Shown one piece after another: positions 1-6,762 of a stretch of DNA of 64,000 nucleotides (the stretch's first letter is position 1; every line of letters begins with the position of its first letter). This stretch comes from an uncultured Bifidobacteriaceae bacterium (GTDB lineage Bacteria; Verrucomicrobiota; Verrucomicrobiia; Limisphaerales; UBA11358), in the NCBI GenBank assembly GCA_964536285.1, contig CAZHXG010000002.1, forward strand, positions 66,457 through 130,456. Reading direction: 5' to 3'. Position numbers and translations under genes: made by a program. The notes below the pieces were generated by a model. The model did not search any database. It was not told the DNA's origin and saw nothing but the letters and a program-made list of their open reading frames with translations.

Positions 1-53
1 TCTTTTGTACATCGTGGGAACGAAATCCTGATTTAAGGAATAATTTTCAAAAA

Positions 54-84
54 CCCGCGATTGCCAAGTCAATCGCGGGTTTTT
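54..84. terminator. Hairpin (9-bp stem CCCGCGATT / AATCGCGGG, 8-nt loop) flanked by an A-run and a T-run; possible bidirectional rho-independent terminator
   Basis: Read directly: aaaCCCGCGATTgccaagtcAATCGCGGGttttt. It lies inside the TTG-started ORF-track call 61..456, which argues for the later ATG at 118. Confidence 0.45.
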
Positions 85-117
85 CGCTTTTCAACCAAAG
101 AACAAGAAAGGAAAAAC

Positions 118-456
118 ATGAACAGAAGAAAAACACAGGTGCCGACAAGGTTCGCCCCTGAAACGCGCTTCGAGCTGCGGCCCAATCCGCCCGCTCCGTT
201 CCGCGCATTTCAGGAAACCGAATTCGAGCGGCTCAAGACCAGACTGCTCGCGGAGCAATTGGCCGAAGCACCGACGGCGGAATTAAACACTCCGTTGCGG
301 CGCGCGGCCAACGAGGCGGCGGCACTCGCATGGGTCACACTTTACCCGTTGCTGGTGTTCCCGGAATTGTTCGAGGAAAAAACCCGGACTGTCGTGCGTC
401 AGGCCGAACGCCAGGCGCGCATTTACACCGACAGCCTCGAACTCGTCGCCGTATGA
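118..456 (+). CDS. Hypothetical protein (112 aa)
   Basis: ORF 61..456 trimmed to the first ATG (MNRRKTQ...), downstream of the hairpin at 54..84. GC-rich codon usage like the neighbours. No recognisable motif. Confidence 0.45.
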   Translation: MNRRKTQVPTRFAPETRFELRPNPPAPFRAFQETEFERLKTRLLAEQLAEAPTAELNTPLRRAANEAAALAWVTLYPLLVFPELFEEKTRTVVRQAERQARIYTDSLELVAV

Positions 457-510
457 ACTTGTCGCGCCATAGCAAAGCGGCGGCGGAAACGCGAATGATC
501 AAAGTGACGG

Positions 511-572
511 GTGATGAGTGAAAAGTGACGAGCGTGTTTTTCGCACGTCACTCGTCACCTGTCACTCATCAC
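511..572. repeat. Long imperfect palindrome / hairpin built from GTGA(C/T)GAG-type units
   Basis: Left arm GTGATGAGTGAaaaGTGACGAGCGTG (511-536), loop tttttcg, right arm CACGtcaCTCGTCACctgTCACTCATCAC (544-572). About 23-24 positions pair; one 3-nt internal mismatch and one 3-nt bulge. Confidence 0.7.
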
Positions 573-665
573 TGTTTGGAAAATCTTCGGAACGCGGACG
601 GGCTGTTGCGATGGAGCCAAGTTTCTGCTTGGCGCGACGCCGTCCGTGTTCCTACGCCGCTGAAA

Positions 666-1256
666 TTAGGGCTTCACCAGAACTGAATTGGTATCGCCAA
701 TTCTGATTTTGGTTTCTGTTATGACTGGCACAAGATTGGTAGATTGAATTCCGCAATCGTAGGCCTCGTATGAATTTCCGTTATAAAAATAGTTTTCAAC
801 TTTCATACATCTGCACGGCCTTTTCTGACCATCGCCGCTTATGACTTGGCCGGTAACCAGCGATTCGGAGTCTGGATAATGATAAACAATGATGTTTTTT
901 ATGAATGTCTTGCTCACTAATTCGGGTGCGCCTGTGTAGGTTTCGGGTTGATATTCAATCTCATAAACATCACACGCTATTCCTTTAACGCCTATTTGAT
1001 TTACTTCCACTGAGCATGTCAAAGTGTGCCAAGGATTATAATTTGAGTAAGGCAGTCTTCGAGAATAGCTTAATTTCCAAAGATCGCCCCAAAGTTTTGA
1101 ATAGGCGGTGTTGTAAAGATGGCCGTTCACCACACGCAGAAATTCACCTAGCTTTACCCAATTCGTAACTAAAACTGTTTTGAATTCATTTGTGACAATT
1201 TGTGATTCACAGTTAAACGTGACCAGTAAGGTAGTCAGTAAAAACAGTGTTTTCAT
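666..1256 (-). CDS. Exported hypothetical protein (196 aa), AT-rich gene
   Basis: N-terminal signal-like segment MKTLFLLTTLLVTFNCESQ. Several Cys. Visibly lower GC and AAA/AAT/TTT-rich codons compared with flanking genes. No family recognised. Confidence 0.6.
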   Translation of the reverse strand: MKTLFLLTTLLVTFNCESQIVTNEFKTVLVTNWVKLGEFLRVVNGHLYNTAYSKLWGDLWKLSYSRRLPYSNYNPWHTLTCSVEVNQIGVKGIACDVYEIEYQPETYTGAPELVSKTFIKNIIVYHYPDSESLVTGQVISGDGQKRPCRCMKVENYFYNGNSYEAYDCGIQSTNLVPVITETKIRIGDTNSVLVKP

Positions 1257-1290
1257 TTTGACAAAAACGTCAGTTCCAAGTCCATTTTGG

Positions 1291-1358
1291 AATTCATTTT
1301 TCCTCGACGCGCTGAATCCGCGCGCCGAGCTTCCGCAATTTCGCGTCCATCTTTTCGT
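1291..1358 (-). repeat. Copy A of the murA 3' terminus (68 bp, encodes ...EKMDAKLRKLGARIQRVEEK*)
   Basis: Direct alignment by eye to 2592..2666: 4 substitutions, no indels, and all 4 are synonymous in the murA frame. Confidence 0.9.
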
Positions 1359-1375
1359 GTATGGCAGATTTCATT

Positions 1376-1639
1376 TTAATGGCGCGCATGGTCGGCAAAA
1401 TGCAAATCGAGAATTTTTATGTGCCGGTCGGCGTGGTCCTGCCAGAATTTGACGGCGTATTTGCCGCAAATGTGGATGTCCACGCGGCGGCCCGTCTGGT
1501 CGGGTTCGGTGTAATCGGAAAATTTTTGCGGGTCATCGCGGATGGCAACGAAGCGATTCCGCAAAAGCCGTTGCTCCGAGCGGGAAAGCGTTTCGAGAAA
1601 CTCAATGACTTCATAGTCAATGAGGAGACGATCGTTCAT
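1376..1639 (-). CDS. RelE/ParE-superfamily-like type II toxin (87 aa)
   Basis: Small basic protein ending ...GKYAVKFWQDHADRHIKILDLHFAD, a typical RelE/ParE C-terminal beta-strand pattern. Its ATG lies 2 nt after the stop of the upstream small acidic ORF. The ORF track start (TTG at 1645) was trimmed to the ATG at 1639. Confidence 0.6.
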   Translation of the reverse strand: MNDRLLIDYEVIEFLETLSRSEQRLLRNRFVAIRDDPQKFSDYTEPDQTGRRVDIHICGKYAVKFWQDHADRHIKILDLHFADHARH

Positions 1640-1641
1640 TG

Positions 1642-1842
1642 TCAATTGCCGGACAGACCCAGACGACGATCCAAATCTTCCAGCGTGGCAAATTCCGAGG
1701 CGGGCCGGTCAATTTTTTCCGCGATTTTTTTTCGGTAGACATTATCGCGCGAATCTTGCAGCGACACCAGAAACGCAGTCAATTGCCGCTGCGCATTCGC
1801 ATCCAGCGCGGACAACTCTTGTTTCAATACTTCAATGCTCAC
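1642..1842 (-). CDS. Putative antitoxin (66 aa; addiction-module-component-like)
   Basis: Small helical acidic protein (MSIEVLKQELSALDANAQRQLTAFLVSLQD...) immediately upstream of the toxin-like ORF; classic two-gene TA architecture. Confidence 0.55.
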   Translation of the reverse strand: MSIEVLKQELSALDANAQRQLTAFLVSLQDSRDNVYRKKIAEKIDRPASEFATLEDLDRRLGLSGN

Positions 1843-1883
1843 GGCCTTATTCTAATGCCTAATTTCGCGGAAGCAACCGGCAA

Positions 1884-1958
1884 AATTCATTTTTCCTCCA
1901 GACGTTGAATCCGCGCGCCGAGCTTCCGCAATTTCGCGTCCATCTTTTCGTAGCCGCG
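1884..1958 (-). repeat. Copy B of the murA 3' terminus (75 bp, encodes RGYEKMDAKLRKLGARIQRLEEK*)
   Basis: Aligns to 2592..2666 with 6 substitutions and no indels. It is identical to copy A over gaatccgcgcgccgagcttccgcaatttcgcgtccatcttttcgt. Confidence 0.9.
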
Positions 1959-1961
1959 TTT

Positions 1962-2309
1962 TCACGCCTTCACCAGCGTTTTGACGCAGTAGCTGTTGAG
2001 ACTTTCACCGGCGGCAAGGGCTTTGGCCGCGAGGCGGCGGTGAATCGCCGGTTCAATCCGCAACACAAATTTGCCGCTGAATGATTTCGCCGCCAAAGGA
2101 TCGGGCAGTGGCACGCCGTCTTTGTGAAGCATTTCAATCCACTCCTCGACGGCCTGACACAATTCCGCATACACCCGCGCCTCGTCGCCGCCGTGAACGC
2201 CGCCCGCCATGATTTCCGGGCAACGGCCAATAAAGCACTGATCCTCATCGCTCCACTCCACGAATTTCGCGTAGCGCGCCGCCTGCTCTTTGATTTGCTT
2301 GCGTGTCAT
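1962..2309 (-). CDS. hicB: HicB-family antitoxin (115 aa)
   Basis: The N-terminal HicB fold pattern (FVEWSDEDQCFIGRCPEIMAGGVHGGDEARVYAEL) and the C-terminal RHH-like tail (FVLRIEPAIHRRLAAKALAAGESLNSY) look like HicB. It lies 4 nt downstream of hicA; toxin-first order is typical of hicAB. Confidence 0.85.
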   Translation of the reverse strand: MTRKQIKEQAARYAKFVEWSDEDQCFIGRCPEIMAGGVHGGDEARVYAELCQAVEEWIEMLHKDGVPLPDPLAAKSFSGKFVLRIEPAIHRRLAAKALAAGESLNSYCVKTLVKA

Positions 2310-2313
2310 AAAT

Positions 2314-2508
2314 TTATTCTTTCACCGTGTGCAACGCCCGACGCACGTCCCGTTCCTGATAATGCCTGGCGTCATCGCCCGCGCCGCCGCTGATTGTCAC
2401 CCGCAAACCTTTCGGATGCGTGAAATTCCGATGGCTGCCTTTGCCGCCCCGGTTCACAAACCCCGCTTTTTCCAAGTCGGCAATCAGTTGTCGCACCTTG
2501 CGCGGCAT
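2314..2508 (-). CDS. hicA: HicA-family mRNA interferase toxin (64 aa)
   Basis: MPRKVRQLIADLEKAGFVNRGGKGSHRNFTHP... matches the HicA/YcfA signature (G-x-G-S-H). Confidence 0.85.
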   Translation of the reverse strand: MPRKVRQLIADLEKAGFVNRGGKGSHRNFTHPKGLRVTISGGAGDDARHYQERDVRRALHTVKE

Positions 2509-2511
2509 TTC

Positions 2512-2549
2512 AGTATCAATTTAGTATCACAATTGTTCAAGGCTGTCAA
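2512..2549 (-). promoter_or_regulatory. Candidate hicAB promoter/operator
   Basis: On the minus strand: TTGACA (2549-2544), then the direct repeat TGATACT-aaat-TGATACT ending 3 nt before the hicA ATG. The -10 assignment is ambiguous (GATACT at 15-nt spacing or TACTAA at 17-nt spacing). Confidence 0.3.
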
Positions 2550-2591
2550 ACACGGAAAAAGGGTCAATTCAGATTATTTTGCAGTCCGTAA

Positions 2592-2666
2592 AATTCATTT
2601 TTCCTCGACGCGTTGAATCCTCGCGCCGAGTTTCCGCAACTTCGCGTCCATCTTTTCGTAGCCGCG
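2592..2666 (-). repeat. Copy C = the in-situ 3' end of murA (reference copy for repeats A and B)
   Basis: Contiguous with the murA reading frame; encodes RGYEKMDAKLRKLGARIQRVEEK*. Confidence 0.9.
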
Positions 2667-3857
2667 ATCCAGATGATAAATGCGGTTCACCTGCGTCGCA
2701 CCCTTCGCCGCAAGCCCGGCAATCACCAGCGCCGCGCTCGCGCGCAGATCGCTCGCCATCACCGGCGCGCCGCTCAACGGCCGTCCGCCCTTCACGATCG
2801 CGCTCGGCCCTTCGATCTCGATCTCCGCGCCGAGCCGCGCCAGTTCGCTGACGTGCATGAAGCGCGATTCAAAAATCCGCTCCGTGATGATGCTGATGCC
2901 CGGCGCGAGCGCGAGCAGCGACATCATCTGCGCCTGCACGTCCGTCGGAAAACCGGAATACGGCAGCGTCGTCACGTCCGCCGCGCGCAATTTTTTTCCG
3001 CGACGGACAATCAGATTTCCGCCGCGCTGCTGAATTGAAACTCCGGCTTCATTCAATTTGTCCAAAACCGCGCGCAAGTGGTCGGCGCGGCAATTTTTAA
3101 TCGTCACTTCGCCATTCGTCGCGGCGGCGGCAATGGCAAACGTCGCCGTCTCAATCCGGTCGGGAATCACTTCGTGTTCCGCGCCGTGCAATTTCTTGAC
3201 GCCGGAAATGGTGATGGTGGGACCGCCCGCGCCGGAAATGTCTGCGCCCATCGCGTTCAGAAAATTCGCGAGGTCAACAACTTCCGGCTCGCACGCCGCG
3301 CTTTCGATGACCGTCACGCCATCGGCCAAAGTCGCCGCCATCATCACATTCCCCGTGCCGAGAACCGTCGAGCCGGCGCGTCCGCCGAGAAACATGGTTG
3401 AGCCGACAAGTTTTTTAGTTGTAGCGTCAACGTAGCCGCCCTCGATTTTTATTTTCGCGCCAAGCGATTCAAAACCTTTCAAGTGCAAATTGATTGGCCG
3501 CGCGCCGATGATGCAGCCGCCGGGCAAAGAAATCCGCGCCTTGTGCAACCGCGCGAGCAACGGCCCGGCAATGCAAATCGAGCCGCGCATTTTGCGGACG
3601 AGTTCGTAATCCGCGTAGCCACGGATTTTTTTCGCGCGAACCGTCAGCGTGCCGTTTTCAAATTTCACCTGCGCGCCGAGCGATTCGAGGATTTGCACCA
3701 TGAACCGCGTGTCGCTCAAGTCCGGCACGCGTCGGATGACGCACGGCTCGTTCGTGAGCAGCGTCGCGGCCATGATGGGCAGCGCGGCGTTTTTGCTGCC
3801 GCTGATTTCGACTTCGCCGTGCAAGGGCACGCCGCCTTTGATCAAAAAACTTTCCAT
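2595..3857 (-). CDS. murA: UDP-N-acetylglucosamine 1-carboxyvinyltransferase
   Basis: 420 aa. MESFLIKGGVPLHGEVEISGSKNAALPIMAA..., with full-length MurA pattern including the active-site loop (PGGCIIGARP). Confidence 0.97.
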   Translation of the reverse strand: MESFLIKGGVPLHGEVEISGSKNAALPIMAATLLTNEPCVIRRVPDLSDTRFMVQILESLGAQVKFENGTLTVRAKKIRGYADYELVRKMRGSICIAGPLLARLHKARISLPGGCIIGARPINLHLKGFESLGAKIKIEGGYVDATTKKLVGSTMFLGGRAGSTVLGTGNVMMAATLADGVTVIESAACEPEVVDLANFLNAMGADISGAGGPTITISGVKKLHGAEHEVIPDRIETATFAIAAAATNGEVTIKNCRADHLRAVLDKLNEAGVSIQQRGGNLIVRRGKKLRAADVTTLPYSGFPTDVQAQMMSLLALAPGISIITERIFESRFMHVSELARLGAEIEIEGPSAIVKGGRPLSGAPVMASDLRASAALVIAGLAAKGATQVNRIYHLDRGYEKMDAKLRKLGARIQRVEEK

Positions 3858-3861
3858 GAAA

Positions 3862-4704
3862 TTATTTTTTTGCGATTAAAATTCTGGCGCGCTGACTGTA
3901 ATCTTCCTTCACCGCTTCGACAATCCACTTTTCATTTTGAAAAATTGTGCAAATGGCCTCGGCCTGACCGTCGCCAAATTCCAGCATGATTTTGCCGTCC
4001 GGTTTCAGAAACGCTTTCGCTTTCGCCGCCAGAATCCGATAAAAATCCAGACCGTCCGCGCCGCCGTCCAAAGCCGCGCGCGGATCAAAATCGCGGACTT
4101 CCGGCTGAAGCGTTTCAATTTCAGCCGACGGAATGTAGGGCGGATTGCTCATAATCAAATCGAATTTTGAATCGGCAGAAAGCGCAGCAAATCCATCACC
4201 TTGCAAAAATTCAATCCGTTCCGCGACTTTATTTTGCTCGGCATTTTGTTTCGCCAACGTGAGCGCGTCCGCCGAAACGTCAGTCGCGTTGATTTTTGCA
4301 TTTGGACATTTCGTCGCGAGCGCAATACTGATGCAGCCGGTTCCGGTTCCAAAATCCAAAGCGGCAGTTTTGTTTTCTCCCAAAAATTTCCAGCCTTCTT
4401 CGGCAAGCAATTCCGTTTCCGGTCGTGGGACGAGCGCATGACGGTTCACGGTGATTTCAAATCCGCAGAATGAAGTCGAGCCGACGATATGTTGCAACGG
4501 CTCGCGTTGTCCGCGGCGTTTGACGAGTTCGCGCAACGCATCCGTTTCCGACGGCGTGAGCACACGCTCGAAATTCAGATACAATTTCATGCGCGGCATT
4601 TTCAACAAATGCGCGAGGAGAAGTTCAACTTGCAGGCGCGGCGATTCGATACCTTTTTTGCCAAGAAAATCTGCACTCTTCTGAATCGCTTCAAGTACGG
4701 TCAC
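3862..4704 (-). CDS. prmC: Release-factor glutamine N5-methyltransferase
   Basis: 280 aa. SAM-binding LDFGTGTGCI and catalytic NPPY (MSNPPYIP). Confidence 0.9.
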   Translation of the reverse strand: MTVLEAIQKSADFLGKKGIESPRLQVELLLAHLLKMPRMKLYLNFERVLTPSETDALRELVKRRGQREPLQHIVGSTSFCGFEITVNRHALVPRPETELLAEEGWKFLGENKTAALDFGTGTGCISIALATKCPNAKINATDVSADALTLAKQNAEQNKVAERIEFLQGDGFAALSADSKFDLIMSNPPYIPSAEIETLQPEVRDFDPRAALDGGADGLDFYRILAAKAKAFLKPDGKIMLEFGDGQAEAICTIFQNEKWIVEAVKEDYSQRARILIAKK

Positions 4705-4733
4705 GCGAAGAATCTAAATCGGAATCGCCCGAT

Positions 4734-5246
4734 TCAAAACTTTTTTTGGCCGGATTCATTTTTATCGCGGCTGTGGATGAACAAGCCGGTTTGATAAACG
4801 AGGTAATAGCCGACGGTCAGCCCAAAAATGAAAAGTGTCAGCGGACTTTGAAACGGCATCGTTGGATTTTGCGCGGTTGCCACGTTGCCGGACGGGATAT
4901 ATTTGTAGGCGATGCGGCCGACGAACAAAACTGAAAGCACAACGCCGATGTGTGTATTAGGTTTGTAAAAATGGCCTTCATCGGTCGTGTCGAATCGCGT
5001 GAGGCGCAGTCCGACAAAACCAAGCGGCAGTCCGAGCAACAACCCGCAGCCAAATCCAAGCAGCAAATTTGTGTTTTGCAATGACGTGCCGACAATCACC
5101 ACGCTGACGACGGAAAGAATGACGATGGAAGTGATGGCGCGGCGCGGATGCAGTTTTTGTCTACCTATGTTGCGGCGCACACGGCGATAAATGCTCCAGA
5201 CGAAAACGCCGATTATCACGACGTAAATGAAATAAGACGACGACAT
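4734..5246 (-). CDS. Integral membrane protein, unknown function (170 aa)
   Basis: Four or five hydrophobic segments. Resembles DUF1453/CcdC-type small membrane proteins, but I cannot confirm the family. Confidence 0.6.
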   Translation of the reverse strand: MSSSYFIYVVIIGVFVWSIYRRVRRNIGRQKLHPRRAITSIVILSVVSVVIVGTSLQNTNLLLGFGCGLLLGLPLGFVGLRLTRFDTTDEGHFYKPNTHIGVVLSVLFVGRIAYKYIPSGNVATAQNPTMPFQSPLTLFIFGLTVGYYLVYQTGLFIHSRDKNESGQKKF

Positions 5247-5310
5247 AGTCGGAGGTTAAATTTTCAATTTCGCTTGTCGAGAGGAATCATTTTACATTCG
5301 TGAAACGAAA

Positions 5311-6174
5311 TTATTTTCCTTCGACGCCCTTGAGATAGGCGAAAATGAGTTCGGGCAAATCCTTGCTGTAACCGCCTTCGAGCAGACTGAAGAACGGAAT
5401 TTTCAATGCGCGAAGTTCCTGGCCGAGCCAGTAGAAATCCTCCGCGAGCAAAGTGCCGTCGCCCAGCGGGTCGTGCGCGTAAGCATCGAATCCGGCGGAC
5501 ACGGCGATCAAATCGGGACGGAAATTTTTCAGGTCTTCGAGAGCGCGGGCGAGCGTACCACGATACGTTTCGCGCGGCGTGGACGGCGCGACGGGATAAT
5601 TGAAACAATTTTTGCCGGCGTTCGTCGCGCCCGTGCCCGGATAACACGGATGTTGGTGAATGGAAAAAAATGCGACGCCGGGTTTGTTCAGCAGAATGTC
5701 TTCCGTACCGTTCCCGTGATGCACATCGAAATCAAAAACGGCGACGCGCTTTGAGCCAGTCGCAGCGGCTTCGAGAACGGCGATGGCGATGTTGTTCAAA
5801 TAGCAGAAGCCCATCGCGCTTTCGCGCGTGGCGTGATGGCCGGGCGGGCGCATGAGACTGAAAACATTTTCGCCGGTTCGCGCGATTTTCAAAGCGTCGA
5901 GCGCGGCGGCGGCGGATTCGCGGGCGAATCCGGAAATATTTTCGTAAGCGGGCGTGTCGGCGTCGAAGTCTTTCGGGATTTTCAGCCGCGCGAGCAGTTC
6001 GGGCGCGTGCGCGCGCAAAATCTGTTCGTCGGTCACTTTCGTCGGAGCAATCCATTCGATCGGCAGTTCGTTCTGATTTTTCAGAAGCTCGACGGTGGCC
6101 GTGATCCGCGCGGGACGTTCGGGATGCGCGTAACGCGAATAGCCGGTGCATTTTTCGTCGGTGACGATTTTCAC
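5311..6174 (-). CDS. Histone-deacetylase-family amidohydrolase (AcuC/acetylpolyamine amidohydrolase-like)
   Basis: RPPGHHA, DFDVHHGNGTEDI and GGY motifs of class I/II HDAC-like enzymes. Confidence 0.85.
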   Translation of the reverse strand: MKIVTDEKCTGYSRYAHPERPARITATVELLKNQNELPIEWIAPTKVTDEQILRAHAPELLARLKIPKDFDADTPAYENISGFARESAAAALDALKIARTGENVFSLMRPPGHHATRESAMGFCYLNNIAIAVLEAAATGSKRVAVFDFDVHHGNGTEDILLNKPGVAFFSIHQHPCYPGTGATNAGKNCFNYPVAPSTPRETYRGTLARALEDLKNFRPDLIAVSAGFDAYAHDPLGDGTLLAEDFYWLGQELRALKIPFFSLLEGGYSKDLPELIFAYLKGVEGK

Positions 6175-6228
6175 GGCGTGATTGAATCACGAATCACTGG
6201 AGATGAACAAGGATTTGTCCGGAACAAA

Positions 6229-6726
6229 TCACGCCATCAATTCCATCTGGCGCGGCGTGAGCAGCCACGCAAGCGTCGCGCGAGAATCCCGAAGCGGAGC
6301 TTCCATTTCCAATTTGCACAGGCCGCCTTTCTTCAACTCAATCGCCGCATCCGTACCGCCGGTCGTGAGCAGCGCGATGAACCGGCTCAAATGCGGTTCG
6401 TGGCCGACGAGCAGAATATTTTTCAATCTCAACTTTACGATTTGTTCGACGAGCAGTTTAGGGTTTTCGTCGGGAATCAGGGCTTCGGAAAAGGCGAACC
6501 TCTTTTGCAGTCCGAAAGTTTCGGCCATGATTTTTGCGGTTTGCTTTGCGCGCAAAAACGGGCTGGAAAGAATCAGATCGAATTTCAATTCCATCACTTC
6601 CATCGCTTCGGAGATTTTCTTCATGCGCCGTTTGCCTTTAGACGTGAGCGGCCGGTCGGAATCTTTTTTGAAGCCGGGCGCGCCACGTTCGATCGCCAGT
6701 CCGTGTCGAAGGATGTAAAGGTTCAT
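6229..6726 (-). CDS. sixA: Phosphohistidine phosphatase SixA
   Basis: 165 aa. N-terminal LRHG catalytic motif (MNLYILRHGLA) and a downstream GHEP motif. Confidence 0.8.
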   Translation of the reverse strand: MNLYILRHGLAIERGAPGFKKDSDRPLTSKGKRRMKKISEAMEVMELKFDLILSSPFLRAKQTAKIMAETFGLQKRFAFSEALIPDENPKLLVEQIVKLRLKNILLVGHEPHLSRFIALLTTGGTDAAIELKKGGLCKLEMEAPLRDSRATLAWLLTPRQMELMA

Positions 6727-6762
6727 GCGCGAAAGCTAGCGCAGCAGATTCATTTTGCAAAG

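Noticed and set aside
1291-2666. Possibility that the three ~70-bp direct repeats form a CRISPR-like or integron attC array
   Set aside because: The repeats are copies of a protein-coding gene end. The 'spacers' are 0.5-0.6-kb expressed TA operons. There are only three copies, no cas or intI genes, and no attC-type imperfect palindrome. Reported instead as a gene-end duplication finding.
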